A stretch of 64,000 bases of DNA from Antedon mediterranea. Taxonomy: Eukaryota > Animalia > Echinodermata. The translations under genes were made by a program, and so were the position numbers. The notes below the pieces were generated by a model that did no database searches, was not told the origin of the DNA, and saw only the letters and a list, made by a program, of their open reading frames with translations. Shown here piece after piece: positions 53,063 through 64,000 of the stretch (the stretch's first letter is position 1; every line of letters starts with the position of its first letter). The stretch lies in contig NC_092674.1 of the NCBI RefSeq assembly GCF_964355755.1, positions 1,736,001-1,800,000 of the forward strand, read 5' to 3'.

Positions 53063-54077
53063 CTAGTAATTACATAAGCAACCTACATTGCATTGTTTTC
53101 TGTAGGAAAAGATACAAAGCATCGTCGATTAACCAAAAATTAAAAAGCCTCAATATATAACGATTAATGAAACAATAACTCACCGCAAATATATTGGCTT
53201 GATAGAAGTTGTTGTTGATAATAATTAGGATAGTTTACTTGATTTTTTGAACGAGCTTCTCTTTTTCCGCAGCAGAATGCAAGTGACACGTATGTATTTA
53301 GAATTTCAATCCCGCGCCGTGTCGAATTTATTATTCTGAGCTCCGTCTGTGATTGGTTGATACCCCCTGATATGTAAAGAAGGCGCAGTGCCGATGACTC
53401 AAGCAAGCTTTTTAAATGGCGACGTTTCACCTCCACGAATACAATTATTTATTTTGAACAAATAATGTTTGTAGCTCTAAAACAAATTGACTAGACTTCT
53501 ATAGTTTGAACCTATACTTTATAGATCCATGGTTTGATCAACCCAGTATTATTGTAGACTATTTAGCCCTATTTTAGCATTCCCTATTTAGCATTATTGC
53601 GCTTCATTTATGATTATCATAACCCTTTATTAGTAGATTTTATATTATGTGAAACTTTAGTCTATACTCTATATGTAGCTCTTCACAAAATAATAACAAT
53701 AATAACTTAAACCCAGGTTCTCAATTTCAGCTACAAAATCGATGAAACACAGAATTCCAATAGAAAATGCTTTTTTTAATTATAACACAACTGCTTACTT
53801 TTAAAACTCAATACTAACTACACAGATCTGACTCATATATCCAATTTCACAGTATTCCATGATAACACGTACAGTACAGGCTATAAAACTTTCTTATTCC
53901 CCACGACAAAACCCACAAAATTGAGCCAGTTGTTATGGAAACCTAGATAAAGGAGGTACAATCTTAATTAATTCAGAGTGTGGAATGTGTAAAATCAAAC
54001 TATCATTGAGGATATACAAGCTACTAAGTAAATATGAACTTAAATACAATAAGATAACAATACTGATTTTAGAATAT

Positions 54078-54545
54078 GATTTGATTTGATTTGATTTATT
54101 TCGGCATCAGTACATAAAATATCACAGACATACAATTAAAATTGGCAAATATAAAAATACCAAAATAAAACAAGGATGCCAAGGATAACTCATAAAAGTC
54201 CTCTACGGACTTGTTTCCAATGAGGTCCTTTGAAAGAACAGCAAAAAAGACAAACAAAGCAACATATAAAAATTACAAAAAAACAGCAAAAAGGACAATC
54301 GAAAAAAGAAGAAGCGCTAATTAAATAGTTTCTAGAGCTAGTGAACGTTTCTGTAGATACTTTTTAACTTTACTTTTAAAACAACAAACAGTTTGTGATT
54401 CCTTAATGTTAATTGGTAAATTATTCCATTCTTTAATAGCATTGTAAAAAAAGGTCACATGTGCCATTGGCTTGATAGTTGGGATTCTAAAATTAAAATT
54501 GCATCCCCTAGTATTGTAATTATGACTGTCTGAAATATCGCTACA
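54078..54545 (-). mobile_element. LINE 3' fragment
   Basis: HNYNTRG...TFFYNAIKEWNNLP..IK on the minus strand, with a (CAAAT)n tail. Confidence 0.8.
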
Positions 54546-54889
54546 TATAGATATTTATCACTATTCCTAGAGCCTAATAACTGAATTTCTTTTTATTCGT
54601 AAATTTAAATTTACTTATTTATTGGATAGAACATCCCATAAACAGCTTTTATCTTTAGATTTACTTGTACAAGTTAATAACGTTGACCTTATACTTTATT
54701 CTGTAATTGTTGGCTTTCTGGAAATTAACGACCTTACATTCTTGTAATGTATGATCAAGTTACCGACATTAGCAATAAGCTGATCAACAGGTTAACTATA
54801 CATTATTCAACAGTAGGCCACTGGCCCAAGTACCATAATACAAAATAATAAGCCTACATAAAATTAAATGTAAGTAGCAGTAAAAGCAT

Positions 54890-55720
54890 AAAGATCGTAC
54901 CTAAAGGCAAAGGTAGTGTTAAAAAAAGACCTCCGTGTATATCCCAAGAGGTTGTCAGGTTAAGTCGAAAAAAGAAAAGAGCCTATAAAAAGGCTAAAGC
55001 AAAACCAGAAAATGTTAATCTATGGGACAGGTATAAGGTAATTAGAAATAATGTAAAATATATGTGTAAAAAGAGTTACTATGAATATGTAAAACAACTA
55101 GCAACAAACTCAAAAGACCAAAAACCTGTTTGGGCGTTCGTTAAAGCTAAACGACATAAATGCTTTCAACAAGTTTTAAGATTGATAACATCACAACAGA
55201 TGATCCTAGTGTAATTGCTAATAAATTTAATACATTTTTTCATAGTAACTTTTCTAAACCTGTACCCAATGATAACCAGATGATAGCTTCATTGGTCGAT
55301 CCTCCTCTTTCTGATCTGCTGATCAATGAAGCAGATGTTAAAAGTCTGATTACTTCTTTAGATGGGAATAAATCCCCAGGGCCTGACGGTATCTCCCCTA
55401 AAATGCTTAAACTGTCATCTTACACAATCATTTCATGGTGTTTTGACTGAGATATTTAATATCTCAATTAAAACCGGTAAAGTCCCAGCTGACTGGAAAG
55501 TAGCCCATGTAGTACCAATACATAAATCAGGCCCTAGTGACAATGTTGTAAACTATCGCCCCATCTCCCTGACGTCAGTGGTCGGGAAAATGCTTGAGCG
55601 CTTTATTGGAAAGCACATGGTTTCTCATGCTGATAAACTTGGCCTTTTGCCTTATAACATCACTTTCAGATTGGAAAGATGTATTATCGGGGGTACCCCA
55701 AGGTTCCGTGTTGGGACCTA
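54890..55720 (+). mobile_element. LINE (CR1-like) ORF2 fragment, frameshifted and internally deleted
   Basis: KSPGPDGISPKMLK, VPADWKVAHVVPIHK, NYRPISLTSVVGK, then an abrupt jump to SGVPQGSVLGP. Confidence 0.85.
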
Positions 55721-55989
55721 CGTCCGTATTCTTAAACCGGACTTTAGTCGTAGTTCGAGCTAAAACTAAAAAAATGACGTCATTTTAATTCATAAACCGA
55801 ACATCAACTAAATCACCGACTAAAATCAGGCCAACCTCGACTAAATCGAGACGGATTTTGATCGATTTTTTTAGTCCTGGAGAGGGCAGGCTAAATGGTC
55901 GACTAAATGGTTTTTAAACGATGTTTATAAAAAACTTAACAGTCATTGAGTTGTTATATTGGCCAGATATTGAAGAATGAAATATCTAT

Positions 55990-58203
55990 ATTTATAATAA
56001 TAATAAATAATATATTTATACAGGATAAAACAATCAGATAACAGTGTATCTGTTTTACATTGTGGTCCTGTCTTAATCAAAATATACAAAAGAGAAACTT
56101 AATTAAATATAATACATGTCAGTTTTTTATGAAAAGAAATGAGATTTGTATCTAGCCTTAAAGGACGTAATTGTTGGTGCCGATTTAATATTAATTGGTA
56201 AATTGTTCCATATTTTTGCGCCTGCAACTTTAAAGGACGAATTCATTTTACTAAGGGAGTATTTAGGTATTGTTACATTCAAATTTTCTACTCCACGTGT
56301 TAAGTGGGTGTGAATATCGCGAATCAATTCAATTTCATTTACTAATCTAATTGGTGCAAGGCCGTAAACACATTTATACATTAGACATGCTAGGGAGAAA
56401 TCTCGTTTCTCTTCAAGAGTTTGCCACGATAGGTTCTGGATGATGTTGTCACCCCTTACATTAATATAATCGAAGTTGTTAGTTACAATTCGAGCAGCTC
56501 TTTTTTGATGTCGCTTTAAAATATTTTTGTTTAACTCTGTCGTATTTCCCCAGACTGTTATAGCATAATCACTACAAGGCTGAATTGTACTTATATATAG
56601 AGTTTCAAGTAACGGTTTACTTAAACTACTAGCCATTTTACCTAGCATTGTTATTTTATATCCAATATTTTTACTAATACATTGAGTATTTTGTTTCCAA
56701 GTTAACATTTCATCGATTACGACTCCCAGATACCTTATACTATCAACTTGTTCTAATTTACTGGTTCCAATTTGTATATTTAAATCATTACTGTCAGCTG
56801 TATGATTGTTTCTTAGTAACATAACCTTTGTTTTTTCAGTATTTATAGAGAGGTGGTTGTCATCATACCATTTACCAATGTTATCAATAATTATTTGTAA
56901 TGAATCATTTACTATCTTAGCAGTATCACCTGAGGTGTAAACCACAACATCATCAGCAAAAACGCTGCAAGTTCCATTTACTATAGACTGCGAAATATCA
57001 TTTATGAAAATGAGAAACAAGATGGGTCCCAGGACACTTCCTTGTGGAACACCAATATTGATTTCTTTAAGTGTAGATTTGTTATTGTTACAGTATACAA
57101 ACTGTTTTCTGTTTTTTAAGTAATTACTAAACCAGTAAACAACATTTTCATGGAAACCATATTTGTAAAGCTTAAATAACAAAATTGAGTGATCTATCGT
57201 GTCAAAGCACTTGGATATATCTAAGAAACAAGCGCCGACGACCTCTGAGTCATTAAAACTTTCTAACCAATCATCAACTACTCTGTGCAAGCATGTTACA
57301 GTAGAATGGTTTTTCAAAAAGGCAAATTGATCAATGTTAATCAAATCAAACAAACTAAGAAAAGAAATGATTTGTTCCTGAACCACTCTCTCTATAATCT
57401 TTGCGATATGAGCAACGACAGATATTGGTCTGTAGTTGCTCATACTGTCTTTACTACCCTTTCCTTTATATATAGGAGTTGTCCTTGCTACTTTCCAATC
57501 AGCTGGGACAAGACCAGACATGAGAGAGAGATTCACAATATGACACAATGGATAAGCAATGTACGGAGCTGCTAACCTTAACAATTTACTATCAAAATCA
57601 AGAACATCTAAATTTTTTTCTGGCAAATTATAAAGCTTCCTTTTAATGGTATTTACATCAACATTTATAAAATTAAAGGAATATTCACTAGGTGGATTAT
57701 TCCAACTTGGCAGCGTATCGTCAAATGACTGCGCCATCTTAACTCCTATGTTGGTAAAGTATTCATTAAAATGTTCGCAATCAATAGTTTGTTAGATTTC
57801 GTTTTACCAGTTAGTTTATTTAGCTCGTTCCACATTTTTTTTGGATTATTTTTATATTTTATATTTACATTATTAAAATAGTTATACTTTGCTTTCTTAA
57901 TGTTAGTGTTAACCAGATTTCTAAGTCTTCTATACTCAGTTTTTAATCCTGGATTATTAACATTTACTTTGCTTTTAGTATAATCTCTTTTGTACATTAA
58001 CTTTATAATTTCAGGAGTTATCCAGGGAGAGAATCTATTTTTTATTCTTGAATTTTTTATAGGCCCATGTTTATTACTTAAATTTAGAAAGCAATTTTTA
58101 AACGTACCCCATGCATTGTCAACGTTATTAATATTGTGAATATTTTGTAATTTCTGAGAATGGGAAATATCATGCAAGAATGCCCCTTCATCAAAGTTCT
58201 TAT
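55990..58203 (-). mobile_element. 5'-truncated LINE (L2/Crack-like) ORF2, frameshift near 57770
   Basis: YRPISVV, FLDISKCFDTIDH, GVPQGSVLGP, FADD; (TTA)n-like tail. Confidence 0.92.
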
Positions 58204-58929
58204 ATTAGCTTAATTAAATATACATTGGTATAAGTTATAATAATGAAAATCATCTTTATTTACAACTGTAGGCCTATACAAATTACATTATTTTCTTCGC
58301 GCAAGTCCGACTTGAGCTACGTCACGCCATAGCGACAATGGGAGATGCGGCAATTCACCACGCGATGGAATGTTTAGGGGGCCTAGCGCTTTCTTGTCAC
58401 GCTTTGAAGTGCGTGGTTCGTGGCGATCATACTTTGTTGGGGGCCTAGAAAATATAAAAGTTACCGTACCGCCATGGTTCCTAAATATATTTTGAAGATT
58501 TTATTTGTTGTTAATCAAATATACTTCACTGTTAAATTAATACTGATATTGTTCTAATAATTAACGATTAAAATTATTTTTCATGTATATTTTTCTATGC
58601 TTGTTTTTGTTTTATGTTATTTCTGCTTTTTGTATTATTGTTTTATTTTTCTGGATAATCAATGAATACTGAATACTGAATCTATTTTTTATTTGTTGTT
58701 CAACAACTCGCTTCTACTTTGGCATTCTTCTCCGAGAATCAGTCTGAAAGATAACAAAAATCAAGACAGTGATTTGCAAAGGAGACCTGTTCCTCTATGT
58801 ACAGTCAGTATATAGCAGATAAAACTGAATTATGCACTTCTCTAGTCTGAAGGAGGACTATTATATAGTATCATTCAGGTTGAATAAAAAGGAATTTATT
58901 TAATATTTACCCTTTAAAATAAATACTTG

Positions 58930-59755
58930 TTAGTCATAGTCATAGTCATATATACTTTATTGTCCATTTAAAAAAAACAGAAATGTGATTTGAAAACTGG
59001 CAAAATACAAAAATATAAAATACAATTTACAAAAACACACACAAAAAGTTAAGAGGCTAAAAATTGTTAAAATTAGATAAAAATTATCGGTTACATTTTA
59101 CCTTTGTACTCTGGAGTTATATAAGTGTATAGCATTAGGTACAAACGAGCACCTAAACCGTTTTGTTTTGGTATTAAGTGCACGTAGTCTTATGCCAGAA
59201 TTCATGAGAGCAAATTGTTTGTGAAGAGGATGTGTTTCATCATCAATGATACTTTTTACTTTTTTTAACACATTTTCTTTATACAAGGATTCAAAATCAG
59301 GTAAGTGCTCTCCTACTAGTCTAATTGCTCTATTTCCTATTCGATTAAGTTTAATTTTATCTTTTTGCATTGTATTACCATAAAAACAAACATTACAAAA
59401 AAGTATTACACTGAGAATTACAGAGTTATAAAACAATTTAAGTATAGTTTTGTCAATTTGTAGGTACTTCATTTTTCTTAAAATAAACATCCTTTGGTTG
59501 GCTTTGCATGTGGCTTTATTTACATTATTTATCCAATTTAGCTTATTGTCAATTATACAACCCAGATATTTGTACTCATTTACTACTTCAATCTCATTTT
59601 CATTTATAATCAGAGGTTCTAAGGGTTCTTTAATTTTCCTAAAATCAATTTGCATTTCTTTTGTTTTCTTTATGTTTAGTTTCAGGTTGTTATTGCAGCA
59701 CCAGTGATAAAAATCACATCCTAGTTGTCTATAGCTTGTTTCATCATTGCCAGTA
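58930..59755 (-). mobile_element. LINE 3' fragment (Rex-Babar/L2-like)
   Basis: TKEMQIDFR, YKYLG, HPLH, RF..SFVP.AI; (ATGACT)n tail at ~58931-58950. Confidence 0.85.
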
Positions 59756-60054
59756 ATGTAATGTTGTGTGTTACTGTACAGTTACTGTTTGTATTCATTT
59801 CAAATGTTGGAATTAGGAAATAATCTGCCATGGCATAAAAAATGCCTCCACCATCCCATGGTTTATAATAAAAGAAATTGAAAACTGCTTTTATTTAAAA
59901 GTGCTTTTATATATAGTTTAGTTAGCCGGGTAGCCCTTCTCTTAATCAGTGATAAATGTGGTTATAGCTAGAGTATACTATAACTAGCCTCGGCCTAGCT
60001 ACACAATATAACCAGGGAGTGACTTAGGGGATCCAATTTATAGGTACTACCACT

Positions 60055-60630
60055 GAATTCCAAACCACTCGCTATCTACTGTAGCCTAGCCTCAATGGTC
60101 CCTCTCTGCTGAACTCAACTTAGTAGTAGGCTGTGTGTGGCCTACTCCTCCTATTATTAGTCCTAGCTAGTTAGTAGCCAAATACAGAATGATAAAAGAA
60201 CAGGTATAGCTACTAGCTACAATACCTTTTATATCAGCAAAATCTGTGTTAGGGTTGCCAGCAGGTAAGCTGTAAAAAGAAGTAAGGCTGCAGTCTGATG
60301 ATCAGTGCTGGCAAATTCCTGCTGTTAAAAATATATTATTTACTAATCGGTGAGCTTTCACAAAGGTACTCATATTGCAAATGTTACTGAATTCCAAACC
60401 ACTCGCTATCTACTGTAGCCTAGCCTCAATGGTCCCTCTCTGCTGAACTCAACTTAGTAGTAGGCTGTGTGTGGCCTACTCCTCCTATTATTAGTCCTAG
60501 CTAGTTAGTAGCCAAATACAGAATGATAAAAGAACAGGTATAGCTACTAGCTACAATACCTTTTATATCAGCAAAATCTGTGTTAGGGTTGCCAGCAGGT
60601 AAGCTGTAAAAAGAAGTAAGGCTGCAGTCT
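60055..60630. repeat. Direct duplication of ~245 bp (60053-60296 and 60386-60630) around a ~90-bp insert
   Basis: ctgaattccaaaccactcgc...aaggctgcagtct occurs twice, essentially identical. Confidence 0.9.
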
Positions 60631-60764
60631 ACTGTAGGCCTCCTCACTCACTCACTCAACTCAGCCTTTCTCTAGCCATTGGTCTCTTGAATTTGAATTG
60701 GTTGTTGTTTTTTGGCAGTTGGTGAGGATTGATCTGATTGGTTGAGCACTCAATTATTTCCCTG

Positions 60765-61120
60765 TTTACCATTCAAAATCTCTTCCTGAATGCTACCAAT
60801 GATCTTAGCATTCACACTACCATTCAAAATACTGTATATCCTTGAATGCTACCAATGTTCTTAGCATTCACACTACCATTCAAAATATCTCCCTGAATGC
60901 TACCAATGAACTTAGCATTCGCACTACCATTCAGGATAGCTTCTGAATGCTTATTGACTCTTGTAAGCATTCCTAAAGAATGCTTGGAAACTTTTCTTAG
61001 CATTCCGATTAAGTGGTTTTAACCATGAATGCCTAAATTCTAAAAATCACCTGTAAATTAGCATTCGAATGCCTAGCGAATGGTTAGAGAAGGCTATTTA
61101 AGCATTCTTCTTTGGTAAGG
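60765..61120. mobile_element. Subterminal repeat array / end of a DNA transposon (gaatgc/agcattc repeats)
   Basis: Repeated taccattcaaaat...gaatgctaccaatg..cttagcattc units ending ttctttggtaagg, at the edge of the gene duplication. Confidence 0.55.
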
Positions 61121-61925
61121 ATTGGGGAATGTCTAATACATACTGTGTATGAATATCAACGATACATTATGTTACTTTGGCGATAATAGTGCAAACACAG
61201 TGACACTGAAAGCTAAGAATTAATATGAAAATTTAAAAATATATGAAAATGTTGACATCGACAAATATGAATATTATTGATAACGACGACAATTATTAAT
61301 ACCGATCATAATAACATTATAACAAATTTGAATTAAACATTTTCACAATGAACCAGTTCTTAGGAATGTGTTATTACAATTTGGTTATTTAAATTAATAT
61401 GATGATCAGTGCTGGCAAATTCCTGCTGTTAAAAATATATTATTTACTAATCGGTGAGCTTTCACAAAGGTACTCATATTGCAAATGTTACCAATATGGT
61501 ATCAAATTAGTTACCTCTTATATCATACACTTTTGAATATCTAAAAAAAAGTTAAAATGTGCGTAAAAGATAAAATCAAGATGTATTAAATCTGATGAGA
61601 CTGGCAATTTAATTTTCAATTTTTAAATTATCCATAGCGCCCTAATTTTTTTTTTATCAGATTCGGCTACCAATATAAATTAATAGTCTTTAACACAAAA
61701 TCAAATTTTTTTTTTAATTGATCGACCCTGTTTTTCAATTGATTGGGTGGGCAACATTACAATTTGTTTAGGCCTTAAATGATAATGCTGATATTGAGCC
61801 ATTTATCTAATAATGCTGCATCATACTGGTTAACCTGTCTGTCTGTGATCCTGGGTTCCAATCATGACTAAGACAATCACCTCATGGTTGATTTACACAA
61901 GGAAACAGCGTTTAGTTAAACTAGT

Positions 61926-64000
61926 TTATGAATGTAGATTTTCTTTTCTTGCTGTTTTTGGTTTATTGAATTTGTCTCCTGTGCAAAAAAAAGGGAAAGA
62001 GATAGAAAAGTAGGTTTTTAAAATTACAAACAAATAATTATGTTACCACTATTTCCTGTGTTTGGGAATTTTTTACTAATTTGTTTAAATTATTAAATTT
62101 AACACAAGAAAACATACCTTGTCCTTTAAACAAAGCCAAGCTTGAAATACAGTTGTACTTGGATACAACAGACCTTGTGTCGCCCTCATCGGAATCTGAT
62201 GAATTACTGTCGTGACATTTGCTCTTTAGGTTCGATTCTTCCATTTGTTCCACTTTTACTTCATCTACAAAATCATCTGTCAAATACAACAAAAGTTCAT
62301 GAAGTATGTCAATGGCAAAGAAACTCTTAACCCAAAGTTTAAACTATCCAACGGGACCATGTAAAAATTATTTTACTTCAGTTAACAAAATTTTGTTTAA
62401 TCTTTACCCTGCAATTATTTATCAAGGATTTTTTTAATATAATTATACACACTATATTGATTGCCTTATACACTTTTACATTGAAACAAAAATAACATAG
62501 CACTGAAGTAAAATAATACAGAACTGCAGTAGAATAATTTGTACACAGCCTCTAAACAATACTACTCAAAATACAAAAAGATGAGATATACTGTATTTAT
62601 TAAGAGACTGCTAGTGAAACCCCTTTTGACAAAATCACAATTTTATAAAATGGCTCATTTACTAATGATAGACTCACCTGAAGAGTCTACTTCAGGGTCA
62701 TCATCTGACAGAATAACTGTTTCTTTTGGTTCCTGTGTTGATTTTCGCTCTGCATTCTAAATATAAAAGCATATCACAAAAGTAACAAAAACAGTTAATT
62801 AAAATAAATTATAATTATACTTGATTTCAAATTGAATAGACCAATCTCATTGTGCTAATAAAAATAATAATTTTATTTAATTATTTAAGAAGACAAAAAC
62901 TTCACATACATCAAAACGTCGTTTATATGCTGGATACTTCATCTTTTGTTCAGTTCTTGCAAGAACCATTTGTATTCTTTTCTTTAAATTTTCCCAATCC
63001 ACTGAATGAGGCTTGCCCTGTTTCCACAGCTGCTCTTCAATCTTGAGTGCCTCATTGAAATTCTCCTCTGCACTCCGCATATCACCTCTGTGGTCGCGTT
63101 CATAGTAGAACAGACCTAGTAGGTAGTATGTACGTGCTGTGTCTGTATGAATGCCTAGCAACTCCATACGCCTACTCGCACACCTTTCTCCAAAGTCAAT
63201 AGCATCTTCATATCTGTGAAGAAAAAGAATACAAATATGATGTGGTTTTATGCACTCTTTTGGGATAAATGTGACTTTAATATTATTTTATTTATTATCA
63301 ATTATGTCAACTCCACCTTTTTAGGAGACATAATTAATTGTTTTTGAAAGTTCCAATGTTGTTTCTTTGTTGCTTACTTTCTTGATGTTAATTTTATCAA
63401 ATTTGTATTGATGTAATTAATAAGGAATTAAAGTATATTCTGGGGACATTTTCCTGTAAATCAAATGACAGTATGTTTGTCAATGCTTACATGGGACACC
63501 ACTGAAAGGTGACACTTTGTTGGGTCCCAAAGATGTTCCCTTAATTAAGTATTTAATTCAACCAAAGAAAAATTGCAAAGTTACTTGTCCACATCTCTCA
63601 ATGCGAGTGCTAGATTTCGCAAAGTCTTCAGATAACCTTTCTCATTATCAATAACCATTTCATCCTCCACACGCAAAGACCTTCTGTAATATTCAATAGC
63701 GTTTTCTCCTTCTTCCAGCTGATAATGACATGAACCAATATTTGCAAGGTAAACTGGAATATCCGGGTGATGTTCTGATTGGGTGAGATCCCTTCTTAAT
63801 TCGTATGCCTTCTGGTAAAATCCTAGCGCTTCTTTTATTTTGCTCTTTTCAACCAAAGCATTACCTTGCTGAAGCCGAGATTTGTTCAATATTAGATCTG
63901 CCATAGTGCTGTAGAAACGAGCTGTATTGGTATTCTTCAGCTTCAGTTCTTTCAAGAGATCATATGCAATCTTGATTCTCTCGACAGCTTTGTCAATATC
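61926..64000 (-). CDS. DED-NB-ARC-TPR paralog (copy 2), 3' part; exons >64000-63585, 63213-62910, 62756-62678, 62276-62118, 61978-61926
   Basis: Near-identical exon, intron and 3'-flank sequence to copy 1 (61122-64000 vs ~34871-38140). Frames are open and splice sites preserved. The N-terminus lies outside the window. Confidence 0.88.

Overview
AT-rich, intron-containing animal genomic DNA; the gene set and repeats suggest a marine invertebrate, possibly an echinoderm (inference). Gene models were assembled by hand from GT/AG sites and codon phase. They are: the 5' part of DZIP1/iguana (minus strand); a Tie-like Ig-EGF-FN3 single-pass receptor with no kinase domain (plus); a two-WSC adhesion GPCR with an intact GPS (minus); a Sulfotransfer_2 carbohydrate sulfotransferase with an in-frame TAG (minus); and two tandem paralogs of an NLR-like DED-NB-ARC(STAND)-TPR gene (one complete at 36018-40259, one partial at 61926-64000). 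The ~21 kb between the paralogs is nested transposon debris. It includes a decayed Transib element whose ends read CACAGTG-23 bp-nonamer-like (RSS-like) with a 5-bp TSD, several LINEs, an EnSpm-like relic and a self-nested TIR element. The best candidate for an unusual system is the duplicated, apparently diversifying DED-NB-ARC-TPR locus with a perfect NF-kB site upstream. No database search was run, so novelty is not established.
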